The notes under the pieces: model-generated | What the model saw: the letters and a program-made list of their open reading frames with translations, nothing else | Database searches by the model: none | What the model was told of the DNA's origin: nothing | In this document: piece by piece, positions 9,928-19,216 of the stretch | How the letters are laid out: every line of letters starts with the position of its first letter | Position numbering within the stretch: the first letter of the stretch is position 1 | NCBI GenBank assembly: GCA_963752475.1 | Contig: CAVVYR010000006.1 | Span: forward strand, 192,001 to 256,000 | Length of the DNA: 64,000 bases | Direction of reading: 5' to 3' | DNA from: an uncultured Chloroflexia bacterium | GTDB lineage: Bacteria > Chloroflexota > Limnocylindria > Limnocylindrales > CSP1-4 | Position numbers and translations under genes: made by a program

Positions 9928-10836
9928 ATGAGGACGATGGTCGACAGGCTCCGGACAGGACGGCTCGAAGACGAGGTCGCCATCGTCACCGGTGGCGGTC
10001 AAGGCATCGGTGCTGCCATCAGCAGGTTCTTTGCGCGCGAGGGCGCACGCGTCGTCATCGCCCAACGCTCGAGCGGGACCGGCGAGGCACAGGCTCAGGT
10101 CATCCGGGCTGATGGCGGTCAGGCACAGGCGATCGCCACCGACGTCACCAGGGCCAGCGATATCGAGGCCCTCGTGGCCGGCACCATCGAAGCCTTCGGA
10201 CCGCCCAGCATCCTCGTCAACAACGCTGGCGTCTCCGTGTACGAGGACCCGCTGAGGCTCGACCGCGAGGCCTGGGATCGGTGCATGCGCGTGGATCTGG
10301 ACGCGGTCTGGTGGTTGAGCCAGGCCGTCCTGCCGCACATGCTGGAGGCCGGCCATGGCGCCATCGTCAACATCGCCTCCTCCCATTCCTTCCAGATCAT
10401 CCCCGGCTGCTTCCCCTATCCGGTGGCCAAGCACGGGCTCATCGGGCTGACGCGAGCGCTGGCTGCGGAGTACGGTGCGCGGGGCGTGCGCATCAACGCC
10501 ATCTGCCCCGGGTACATCGAGACCGATGGGCTGCAGGCCTACCTCGAGTCCTTCCCCGACCCGGCGGCCGAGCGCGAGCGCGTGGGTGGCCGTCACGTCG
10601 TCGCGCGCATCGGTTCACCGGAGGAAGTGGCCGGTCCGGCGCTCTTCCTGGCGTCGTCGGAGGCCTCGTTCATCACCGGCGAGTCGCTCGTCGTCGATGG
10701 CGGGATGACCATCGTGACCAATGGCCACGGACTGCCGTTCGTGCCAGGACAGGGCCCAAGCGGCGTCACATCCGGGGTCGACACCTCGCCACGCAGCGGG
10801 CCCGCCAGGGCCACCGAAACAGGGGGAACCAGATGA
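9928..10836 (+). CDS. SDR-family oxidoreductase
   Basis: TGGGQGIG, LVNNAG, YPVAK (YxxxK), NAICPGYIET, VDGG. Confidence 0.92.
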   Translation: MRTMVDRLRTGRLEDEVAIVTGGGQGIGAAISRFFAREGARVVIAQRSSGTGEAQAQVIRADGGQAQAIATDVTRASDIEALVAGTIEAFGPPSILVNNAGVSVYEDPLRLDREAWDRCMRVDLDAVWWLSQAVLPHMLEAGHGAIVNIASSHSFQIIPGCFPYPVAKHGLIGLTRALAAEYGARGVRINAICPGYIETDGLQAYLESFPDPAAERERVGGRHVVARIGSPEEVAGPALFLASSEASFITGESLVVDGGMTIVTNGHGLPFVPGQGPSGVTSGVDTSPRSGPARATETGGTR

Positions 10837-11951
10837 CGATGAGCCATCGCGACCGTGTCACGGCCGCCCTGCAGCGCGAAGAGCCGGACCGCTGCCCCAT
10901 GCAGATCAGCTTCACGCCCGAGTTCGCCGACCGGCTACGCGAGGACATGGGCGTCCGCGGCGAGCTCAACGTGGCTCGCGGGGGCGAGCACAATCCGCAC
11001 GGCGGCGGCAACACCTACGAGCTGGAGCGCGCCATCGGCTCCGATCTCATCCTGACCTCGGTCGGCTGGGCCAACAACTACTACGCCGACCACGGCACCT
11101 ACACCGACGAGTGGGGTGTGACCTGGCAGGAGCATCCTTACGAGACGCAGTTCGGCACCGGTCACTACACCGAGATGGTGGGCTTCCCCCTGGCCGACGA
11201 CGAGGCCATCGACTCGTACGTCCCGCCCGACCCGAACCGCCCCGAGCTCTACGTCGACTCCGAGCGCGTCATCCGCGAGTACGGCGACGACTACTGGATC
11301 GTGGGCGTGACGGTCACCACCATCTTCGAGACCGCCTGGGCCCTGCGCGGCTACGAACGGCTGCTGATGGACCTGGTCATCAACCCCGAGATCGCCGATC
11401 GCGTCCTCGAGATCCCATTCCGCTACCACCTCACCGCGGCCGAGAGACTGGCCTCGATGGGCGTCGACATGATCTGGACCGGCGACGACATCGGCAGCCA
11501 GAAGGGCATGCTCTTCCACCCCGACACCTGGCGCCGCTTCCTCAAGCCACGCATGGCCGAGCTGGTCAGCCGGGTCAAAGCCATCAACCCGGAGCTCAAG
11601 GTGGCCTATCACACCGACGGCGACGTACGCGAGGTCATCCCCGAACTCATCGACATCGGCATCGACGTGCTCAACCCCGTGCAGCCGGCGTGCATGGACC
11701 CGGCCGAGCTCAAGCGGGACTACGGCGACGAACTCCTCTTCTGGGGCTCGCTCGATGAGCAGAAGACGCTGCCCTTCGGCTCGGCGCAGGACGTGCGCGA
11801 GGAGATCGACCTGCGGCTGCGCACGATCGGCGCGGGCGGTGGACTCATCCTGGGCCCGACCCACCACGTCCAGCTCGACACGCCGCTGGAGAACTTCTGG
11901 GCCATGATCGAGACGATCCGCGAGACGTCGTACCAGTCGCTCGCTCGGTAA
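10833..11951 (+). CDS. Uroporphyrinogen decarboxylase/MtaA-CmuA family protein
   Basis: EPDRCP, DEWGV, GDDIGSQ, YHTDG, LNPVQP, QKTLPFG, GGLILGPTH; ATGA overlap with SDR. Confidence 0.85.
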   Translation: MTMSHRDRVTAALQREEPDRCPMQISFTPEFADRLREDMGVRGELNVARGGEHNPHGGGNTYELERAIGSDLILTSVGWANNYYADHGTYTDEWGVTWQEHPYETQFGTGHYTEMVGFPLADDEAIDSYVPPDPNRPELYVDSERVIREYGDDYWIVGVTVTTIFETAWALRGYERLLMDLVINPEIADRVLEIPFRYHLTAAERLASMGVDMIWTGDDIGSQKGMLFHPDTWRRFLKPRMAELVSRVKAINPELKVAYHTDGDVREVIPELIDIGIDVLNPVQPACMDPAELKRDYGDELLFWGSLDEQKTLPFGSAQDVREEIDLRLRTIGAGGGLILGPTHHVQLDTPLENFWAMIETIRETSYQSLAR

Positions 11952-12124
11952 CGATAACCGGGCGTCCACGCGGCCCGTCCGAATAGGGACCGATGGACCC
12001 CGATTCCCCGCTGCTGGGAACGTAGAATGAGCCTGCTAGGCCTGTAGCCCCCGCGGGTCTCGTTATCGCGCGGGCGGCACCTGGGCCGAGGCCACTCTGA
12101 CCAACGATCCCGAGAAGGGGGCGT

Positions 12125-12616
12125 ATGCCGATCCCGTATAGCAAACCGACTCCGCCGAACGACGACAAGCGATGGAAGATCGTCGCCACGCGGATGCGTC
12201 GCCTGGGTGACCGACCCGAGGCGCTCATCGAAGCCCTGCACGCCGCACAGGAGGCCTTCGGCTTCCTCGACGACGACGCGCTCGAGTTCGTGGGCGACAC
12301 GCTCGGCGTCCCGCACTCCCGCGTCTTCGGCGTCGCTACGTTCTACTCGTTCTTCACGCTCAAGCCCCAGGGCGACCACACCTGCGTGGTCTGCACCGGC
12401 ACCGCCTGCTACATCACCGGTGCGGGCGACATCATCGAGGCCTTCGGTGACCAGCTCGGCGTCAAGCCCAAGGGCACCACCGATGACGGCAAGATCTCGC
12501 TGCTGACGGCGCGATGCATCGGCGCCTGCAGCCTCGCCCCGGCCGTGGTGGTCGACGGTGAGATGAAGGGCAAGGCCCGGATCGATGAGCTTATGGCTGA
12601 ACTGGAGGCGATGTGA
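12125..12616 (+). CDS. hoxE: Bidirectional hydrogenase diaphorase subunit HoxE (NuoE-like)
   Basis: LIEALHAAQEAFG, VATFYSFF, CVVCTGTAC, RCIGACSLAP 2Fe-2S ligands; operon context. Confidence 0.88.
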   Translation: MPIPYSKPTPPNDDKRWKIVATRMRRLGDRPEALIEALHAAQEAFGFLDDDALEFVGDTLGVPHSRVFGVATFYSFFTLKPQGDHTCVVCTGTACYITGAGDIIEAFGDQLGVKPKGTTDDGKISLLTARCIGACSLAPAVVVDGEMKGKARIDELMAELEAM

Positions 12617-14265
12617 GCGACAGCGCAACCGCGGCACGCCCCAAGCGTCACCGCACCATCAAGATCGACGAGAACGCCGGACCGCCGCGCGCGACCGCCC
12701 GCGTCTGCGAGGCCGCGTCGTGTGTCAGCGGCAACGCCAGCGACGTCACCGCGCGCCTGCGTGAGCTGACCAACGAGCAGGATGACGTCGAGATCAAGCG
12801 CGTCGGCTGCCTCGGCCTCTGCGCCGCCGGCCCGCTGGTCGAGATCGCCCAGACCGGCGAGATGGTCGAGCAAGTCGACCCCGAGAACGTCCAGCCGGTG
12901 ATCGACGCGCTGGCCAAGGTCAAGCCGGACTCCAAGCGCCAGGAACAGGCGCCCTTCTTCGAGAAGCAGGTCCGGGTGGCCACGGAGAACTTCGGCAAGG
13001 TCGACCCCGAGAGCCTCGACGACTACATCGCCGCCGGCGGCTTCCAGGCCCTGCGCCGGGTGCTGTCGGAGATGAGCTCGGCCGAGGTTCGCGACGAGGT
13101 CATGGAGTCCGGTCTCCGCGGTCGCGGTGGTGCCGGCTTCCCGACCGGCCTCAAGTGGACCACCGTGGCCAAGGCCAGCGGTGACAAGAAGTACGTCATC
13201 TGCAACGCGGACGAGGGTGACCCGGGTGCGTTCATGGATCGCAGTGTCCTCGAGAGCGACCCCTTCCGGGTGCTCGAGGGCATGGCCATCGGGGCCTTCG
13301 CGGTCCACGCCACCGAGGGCTATGTCTACTGCCGTGCGGAGTATCCGCTGGCGGTGCAGCGTCTGCGTACGGCCATCCGACTCGCACAGCGCGCTGGCTA
13401 CCTCGGTGACGGCATCATGGACACGTCCTTCAGCTTCAACGTGCAGATCCGCCTCGGTGCAGGTGCGTTCGTGTGTGGCGAGGAGACGGCCCTGATCTCG
13501 TCGGTCGAAGGACGTCGCGGCACGCCCCGACCCCGCCCGCCGTATCCCGCGGTGGCCGGCCTGTGGGGCAGCCCCACGCTCATCAACAACGTCGAGTCCC
13601 TGGCCAGCGTGCCCAAGATCGTGCGCGAGGGCCCAGAGGGCTATGCCGAGATCGGCGTGGGCAAGTCGAAGGGCACCAAGGTCTTCGCGCTCGCCGGCCG
13701 CGTAGTCAACACCGGCATGGTCGAGGTCCCCATGGGCATGACCCTGCGGGAGATCATCTTCGATATCGGTGGCGGCATCCCGGAGGGCCGGCCCTTCAAG
13801 GCGGTCCAGACGGGCGGCCCGTCGGGTGGCTGCATCCCCGAGGAGCACCTCGACACTCCGGTCAGCTACGAGACCCTCATCGAGCTCGGCTCGTTCATGG
13901 GCTCGGGCGGCATGATCGTCATGGACGATACGTCCTGCATGGTCGACGTCGCCAAGTACTTCCAGGACTTCTGTCGTGACGAGTCGTGCGGCAAGTGCAC
14001 GCCCTGTCGCGTCGGCACCACCCAGATGTACATGCTCCTCGACCTCATCACCAAGGGTGAGGCCACGGAGCGCGATCTGGCCCAGCTCGAGCGGCTGGCC
14101 GGCATCGTCCAGAAGATGTCCCTCTGCGGCCTCGGCCAAGGTGCCCCCAACCCGATCTTCAGCACGCTGCGCTACTTCCGGGATGAGTACATGGCGCACA
14201 TCGTCGACAAGACCTGTCCCGCCGGCGTCTGTTCCATCTCCAAGCCAGCTGAGGTAGTGGCATGA
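12613..14265 (+). CDS. hoxF: Bidirectional hydrogenase diaphorase subunit HoxF (NuoF-like)
   Basis: SGLRGRGGAGFPTG, CNADEGDPG, GAGAFVCGEETAL, ESCGKCTPCR. Confidence 0.92.
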   Translation: MSDSATAARPKRHRTIKIDENAGPPRATARVCEAASCVSGNASDVTARLRELTNEQDDVEIKRVGCLGLCAAGPLVEIAQTGEMVEQVDPENVQPVIDALAKVKPDSKRQEQAPFFEKQVRVATENFGKVDPESLDDYIAAGGFQALRRVLSEMSSAEVRDEVMESGLRGRGGAGFPTGLKWTTVAKASGDKKYVICNADEGDPGAFMDRSVLESDPFRVLEGMAIGAFAVHATEGYVYCRAEYPLAVQRLRTAIRLAQRAGYLGDGIMDTSFSFNVQIRLGAGAFVCGEETALISSVEGRRGTPRPRPPYPAVAGLWGSPTLINNVESLASVPKIVREGPEGYAEIGVGKSKGTKVFALAGRVVNTGMVEVPMGMTLREIIFDIGGGIPEGRPFKAVQTGGPSGGCIPEEHLDTPVSYETLIELGSFMGSGGMIVMDDTSCMVDVAKYFQDFCRDESCGKCTPCRVGTTQMYMLLDLITKGEATERDLAQLERLAGIVQKMSLCGLGQGAPNPIFSTLRYFRDEYMAHIVDKTCPAGVCSISKPAEVVA

Positions 14266-14978
14266 GCGACGTCTTTACGCTGACCATCGACGGCAAGGAC
14301 GTCGCTGGCAACGAAGGCCAGACCGTGATGGAGGTGGCCGAAGAGAATGGCATCGACATCCCTGGTCTGTGCCACATGGAGGGCATCACCGACCGTGGTG
14401 CCTGCCGCCTGTGCATGGTCGAGATCGCGGGTTCACCCAAGCTCGCGGCCGCCTGCATGACCAAGATCGCCGAGGGCATGGACATCACCGCGCACTCGGA
14501 CAAGCTGCTCGAGTATCGGCAGTCGATCACCGAGATGATGTTCATGGAGCGCAACCACGTCTGCGCCGTGTGCGTCGCCAACAACCATTGCGAACTTCAG
14601 AACATGGCCGACGAGCTTGGTATCAAGCACTTCGACCTGCCCCGTATCAACCCTGACGTCGACATCGACGCCAGCCACAAGTTCTTCGCCATCGATCACA
14701 ACCGCTGCATCCTGTGCCTGCGCTGCGTGCGGGTCTGCGATGAGATCGAGGGCGCACACACCTGGGACGTCATGCACCGCGGTCTCGAGACCCGGGTGCA
14801 GACGGACATGGGCCAGCCCTGGGGCGAGTCCACGACCTGCACCAGCTGTGGCAAGTGCGTCCAGGTCTGTCCCACCGGCGCGCTCTTCGAGAAGGGCCGA
14901 CCGGTCGCAGCCGGTAGCAAGGACCGCCGCCCGTTCCTTCCGTGGCTGAAGGTGGTCCGAGAGGAGCGCGGTCTATGA
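14262..14978 (+). CDS. hoxU: Bidirectional hydrogenase subunit HoxU
   Basis: IPGLCH..GACRLC, HVCAVCVANNHCELQ, RCILCLRCVRVC, CTSCGKCVQVCPTGAL. Confidence 0.92.
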   Translation: MSDVFTLTIDGKDVAGNEGQTVMEVAEENGIDIPGLCHMEGITDRGACRLCMVEIAGSPKLAAACMTKIAEGMDITAHSDKLLEYRQSITEMMFMERNHVCAVCVANNHCELQNMADELGIKHFDLPRINPDVDIDASHKFFAIDHNRCILCLRCVRVCDEIEGAHTWDVMHRGLETRVQTDMGQPWGESTTCTSCGKCVQVCPTGALFEKGRPVAAGSKDRRPFLPWLKVVREERGL

Positions 14979-15514
14979 GTGAGTCAAAGAAGCCAACCGT
15001 CGCGACCGTCTGGCTGGACGGGTGCTCGGGATGCCACATGTCCCTGCTGGACATGGACGAGCGCATCCTCGACATCTTCACCCGGTCGGACCTCGTGTAC
15101 AGCCCGCTGGTCGATTTCAAGGACTATCCCGACGAGGTGGACGTCTGCCTCGTCGAGGGTGCGGTGTCGAGCCAGGACGATCTGGACAAGGTCAAGAAGG
15201 TGCGCGAGCACACCAAGACGATCATCGCCTTCGGCGACTGTGCGGTCACCTCGAACGTGCCCGGCATGCGCAACCCCTTCGGCACGCAGGCCATCCTCGA
15301 CCGCGCCTACCACGAGAACGTCACCGTCAACCCGCAGACACCCACCGAGAACGTGCCGCCGCTGCTGGCGATGTCCAAGCCGGTCCATACGATCATCGAC
15401 GTGGACGTCTTCCTGCCCGGTTGCCCGCCGTCGGCGGACCTCATCTACACCATGCTCGACGACCTGCTCTCCGGCCGCGTGCCGGAGGTCGCCGGCTCGC
15501 GGTTCGGCCGCTAA
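14975..15514 (+). CDS. hoxY: [NiFe]-hydrogenase small subunit HoxY
   Basis: [28 protein letters not shown]; short single-cluster form. Confidence 0.92.
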   Translation: MSESKKPTVATVWLDGCSGCHMSLLDMDERILDIFTRSDLVYSPLVDFKDYPDEVDVCLVEGAVSSQDDLDKVKKVREHTKTIIAFGDCAVTSNVPGMRNPFGTQAILDRAYHENVTVNPQTPTENVPPLLAMSKPVHTIIDVDVFLPGCPPSADLIYTMLDDLLSGRVPEVAGSRFGR

Positions 15515-15528
15515 GGGAGCCCCCACCC

Positions 15529-16947
15529 ATGAGCAAGACCATCACCATCGATCCGGTCACGCGGATCGAAGGCCACTCCAAGATCACCATCCAGCTCGAC
15601 GAGGGCGGCCAGGTCACGGACGCCCACTTCCACGTCACGCAGTTCCGAGGGTTCGAGAAGATCGTCGAGGGCCGTCCGGTCCACGAGATGCCCTCGATCA
15701 TGGCCCGTATCTGCGGCATCTGCCCGGTCAGTCACCTCGTCGCCTCGGCCAAGGCCGTGGACGACATCCTGGCCGTGGACCCGCCGCCCGCGGGTGCCGA
15801 CATCCGCCGGCTCATCAATCTTGGCCAGATCGTGCAGTCGAACGCGCTCTCGTTCTTCCATCTCTCCAGCCCTGACCTGCTCTTCGGCTTCGACGCCGAC
15901 ATGTCCAAGCGCCACATCGTGGGCGTGGCCCAGGAGAACCCGCAGCTGGCCAAGGACGGCATCGCCCTGCGCAAGTGGGGCCAGCAGATCATCGAGCGCC
16001 TCGGCGGCAAGCGCATCCATCCCGGCGGGGTCATCCCCGGCGGTGTGGCCGAGCCGCTGACCGAGGAGGTCCGCGACGAGATCCTGGCGGGTGTGCCGGA
16101 GGCCCTCGAGCGCATCACCCGCACCATCGAGTGGTACAAGAGCAAGATGATGGGCTGGGAGGAGGAGGCCACCCACTTCGGTGACTTCCGCTCCGCCTTC
16201 ATGGCCCTCGTCGACGAGAAGGGCAACGTGGACCACTACGGTGGCCGCCTGCGCTTCGTCGATGCAGACGGCTCGGTGCTCGAGGACTTCGACCCCAAGG
16301 ACTTCAACGACTACATCGGCGAAGCCGTGGAGCCGTGGTCCTACCTCAAGTCCACGTACTACAAGCCCATGGGCTACCCCGACGGCATCTACCGCGTGGG
16401 CCCGCTCGCGCGCATGAACGTGGCCGAGGCCTGCGGTACGCCGCGTGCCGACGAGGAGCTCAAGAAGTTCCGCTGGCGCGTCGGCCGGGTGGCGAGCTCG
16501 TCCTTCCACCAGCACTACGCGCGCCTCATCGACCTGCTCCACTGCATCGAGAAGATCGACCAGATCCTCAACAAGCCGGAGATCATGTCGACACATGTGA
16601 CGGCCACCGCGGGCATCAACCGCAACGAGGGCATCGGCTGCTCCGAGGCTCCGCGTGGCACCCTGATGCACCACTACAAGGTGGACGACAACGGCCTGGT
16701 CGAGTGGGCCAACCTCGTCATCGCCACCGGCCACAACAACATGGCCATGAACCGCTCGGTCGCGCAGGTCGCCAAGGCCTACGTCAAGTCCGACAAGATC
16801 GAAGAGCCGATGCTCAACCGGGTCGAGGCGGTCATCCGTTCCTACGACCCTTGCCTCAGCTGCTCGACGCACTCGCTCGGTGACATGGCGCTGGACATCC
16901 AGCTCCTGTCGCCGGAGGGCGAGGTCATCGACCGCATCAAGCGCTGA
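15529..16947 (+). CDS. hoxH: [NiFe]-hydrogenase large subunit HoxH (group 3d)
   Basis: PVTRIEGH, L1 RICGIC, EAPRGTL, L2 DPCLSCSTH plus a cleavable C-terminal extension. Confidence 0.93.
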   Translation: MSKTITIDPVTRIEGHSKITIQLDEGGQVTDAHFHVTQFRGFEKIVEGRPVHEMPSIMARICGICPVSHLVASAKAVDDILAVDPPPAGADIRRLINLGQIVQSNALSFFHLSSPDLLFGFDADMSKRHIVGVAQENPQLAKDGIALRKWGQQIIERLGGKRIHPGGVIPGGVAEPLTEEVRDEILAGVPEALERITRTIEWYKSKMMGWEEEATHFGDFRSAFMALVDEKGNVDHYGGRLRFVDADGSVLEDFDPKDFNDYIGEAVEPWSYLKSTYYKPMGYPDGIYRVGPLARMNVAEACGTPRADEELKKFRWRVGRVASSSFHQHYARLIDLLHCIEKIDQILNKPEIMSTHVTATAGINRNEGIGCSEAPRGTLMHHYKVDDNGLVEWANLVIATGHNNMAMNRSVAQVAKAYVKSDKIEEPMLNRVEAVIRSYDPCLSCSTHSLGDMALDIQLLSPEGEVIDRIKR

Positions 16948-16963
16948 CCCGCTGCCACCGGAC

Positions 16964-17500
16964 GTGAGTCCACTCGAGAGCGCCGCCCCTGGGGGAGGGA
17001 GCGGCGCTCTTGCGCGTTCCGTGCTGGTCCTCGGCTATGGCAACACGTTGCGGCGGGACGACGGTGCCGGGGCCGTGGCTGCGCGCCTGCTGGCGGCCGA
17101 TCCGCGCCTTGCTCGCCCCGAGGTCGAGGTGCGCGAGGCCTATCAGCTGCTGCCGGAGATGTCGATGGACATCGCGGAGGCCACGCTCGTCGTCTTCGTC
17201 GATGCCGACATGCGCGGCCTGCCCGGCGCTCTCGAGATCCACGAGATCGACCCTGGGACCGCAGCGCGTGACGATGCCGATGCGCGAGGCGATCCGGGAG
17301 CGTCATCGCACCACGTCGGAGGTGGCGAGCTGGTGGCGCTGGCCGCGACGCTCTCAGGTCGCGCGCCGGAGGCCGTGGCCATCGGCATCGGCGTGGCCGA
17401 CCTGGAGCTGGGGGAGGGCCTCAGTCCGGCCGTGGAAGCGGCCCTACCCAGGGTCGTCGAGATCGTGGCCGACCTCGTGGAGGAGCACCTCAGCCATTGA
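16964..17500 (+). CDS. hoxW: Hydrogenase maturation protease (HoxW-like)
   Basis: VLGYGNTLRRDDGAG, VFVDA, SSHH, GEGLSPAV; start uncertain. Confidence 0.8.
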   Translation: MSPLESAAPGGGSGALARSVLVLGYGNTLRRDDGAGAVAARLLAADPRLARPEVEVREAYQLLPEMSMDIAEATLVVFVDADMRGLPGALEIHEIDPGTAARDDADARGDPGASSHHVGGGELVALAATLSGRAPEAVAIGIGVADLELGEGLSPAVEAALPRVVEIVADLVEEHLSH

Positions 17501-17556
17501 GGCTGCCAGCTGGAAACCCGGACTCCACAGGCCTGGGATCGACCTCGCTCGGGGTC

Positions 17557-17740
17557 GGGAGCAGCCACCTCGACGGGGCAGCAGCCACCTCGACCGGGAG
17601 CAGCCACCTCGACGGGGACGGCCACCTCGACGGGGCACAGCCACCTCGACGGGGCGCAGCCACCTCGACGGGGAGCAGCACCTCGACCGGGAGCAGCACC
17701 TCGACGGGGCGCAGCCACCTCGACCGGGAGCAGCACCGAC
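17557..17740. repeat. Minisatellite: about 10 tandem copies of an 18-20 bp unit (GGG[A/G]..CAG[C]CACCTCGAC)
   Basis: CACCTCGAC core repeated directly with small indels and no unique spacers. Confidence 0.9.
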
Positions 17741-17983
17741 CGCTCTCGCTGCTGCCGCCGTGTCGCCTCCATCGACACCGCACGCAGCTTGTGGTCAGGC
17801 GTCGCCAGGGCCGACCCTACCGGCCGATCCGGTGGATCCAGATGGACATATGTCGGCGAGGTCGACGGTAGTCCGACGGGCTGGTGGTCCTGGTGGTCGG
17901 ATCGACGTAGACGTGGCGCCGGCTATGCCCAGCCACGCTCGGTGCAGGCCATCGATCGCCTCGATCGGCCGGATCTCGTGACT
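17737..17983. repeat. 247-bp direct repeat, copy 1
   Basis: Matches 19285-19531; two substitutions seen (gcgccggctatg vs gcgctggcgatg). Confidence 0.95.
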
Positions 17984-18053
17984 GCTATGAAGGGGGCCTC
18001 ACTGGTGAGACAGTGGGTTCTCTTCGGAACCAGCACCAGGAGGCCCGGAAGCC

Positions 18054-19086
18054 ATGTTATACGCCGGATTGGACCTGTCACGGAGGAAGCTCGACGTCCA
18101 TGTCCTCGACGAGGACGGGGCCACGGTCGAGGCGCTCGCGGTCCATCCCGATGCCGACGCGCTGCGGACACTCGCGGAGCGCTTCCCCGGGCCCGTGACC
18201 GCGACCATCGAATCGATGAACGGGGCCCGCTTCGTGCATGACGAGCTGCAGGGCCACGGCTGGGACGTGCTCATCGCCGACGCGGCCAGGGTCAAGGGCC
18301 TCGCACCGCTCGCGGCCAAGACCGACGAGATCGACGCGCGGGTGCTCGCGATCCTCGCCTGGCGCGACCTCGTGCCCGCGGTCTGGCTGGTCCACCCGGC
18401 CATCCGTGCCGAGCGCGAGCGTGCCCGCTATCGGCTGTACCTCGTGCGCCATCGCACCTCGATCAAGAACCGGGTCCACGCCACGCTCTTCGCGTTCGGC
18501 CACAGCGTGCCCGCCACGGACCTCTTCGGGGTCCGGGGCCGGGAGCTGCTCGCGGCGCTCGAGGTCCCCGAGCCCTGGGACCGGACGCTCGCAGCGAGCC
18601 TCGCGCGGCTCGACGCGCTCGAGGCCGAGATCCGCGGCTGCGAAGCCGAGCTGGCACGGCTCGGGGCCGACCACGAGTACGTGCCGCTGCTTGCGGACGG
18701 TGCCGGGGGTCGGGCCCATCCTCGCCTACACCATCGCCGCGGAGATCGGCGACATCGGCCGCTTCGCGAGCGCCAAGCGGCTCGTGGGCTACACCGGGCT
18801 CTGTCCCCGGGTCTACCAGTCGGGCGGGACCGACCGGCGCGGGAAGCTGGCCAAGACCGGCCCGAAGTACCTGCGCTGGGCGCTCGTCGAGGCCGCGGTC
18901 CACGCGGCGAGCCATCCACGCTATCGGAGGAAGTACCAACGCACCAAGCGCCGGCTCGGCAAGCAGCGGGGCAGTGGGGTGGCACAGGTGGAGCTGGCGC
19001 GCGAGCTGGCCACCGCCATCTGGTACATGCTCACGCGCCAGGAGCCGTTCCGAGCGGCAGGCCCCCCTCGTAGTCTGGTCGCCTGA
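18054..19086 (+). CDS. IS110-family transposase/recombinase with one +1 frameshift near 18690
   Basis: N-terminal GLDLS..IESMNG..KTDEIDA (DEDD); C-terminal TVPGVG..EIGDIGRF..YQSGG..GPKYLRWALVEAA in the next frame; length 3n+1. Confidence 0.9.
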
Positions 19087-19200
19087 CGACCCTCGTGTGA
19101 CTTGGGCCGCCGCTGTCACCTACCAGCCAGGTCCTCCCAGCAGGAGGCACATAGAGACATGAGACGCGTTACCGCATCCGCTCCACGACCGCCGCCGGCT
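19053..19200 (+). ncRNA. Candidate bridge RNA/seekRNA of the IS element
   Basis: Stem/internal-loop/hairpin fold holding segments that match the target (19067-19075, 19093-19102) and the donor end (19150-19158); boundaries approximate. Confidence 0.75.
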
Positions 19201-19205
19201 TGACG
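19200..19205 (+). promoter_or_regulatory. Outward-facing -35 (TTGACG) of the IS circle-junction promoter
   Basis: In the circular form it lies exactly 17 bp from TATGAA (17986-17991). Confidence 0.7.
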
Positions 19206-19216
19206 ATCTTCATAGA

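Noticed and set aside
17557-17740. CRISPR array or coding repeat (ORFs 17143-17778 and 17497-17871)
   Set aside because: There are no spacers, and unit lengths of 18-20 bp do not keep a reading frame; the ORFs are low-complexity by-products
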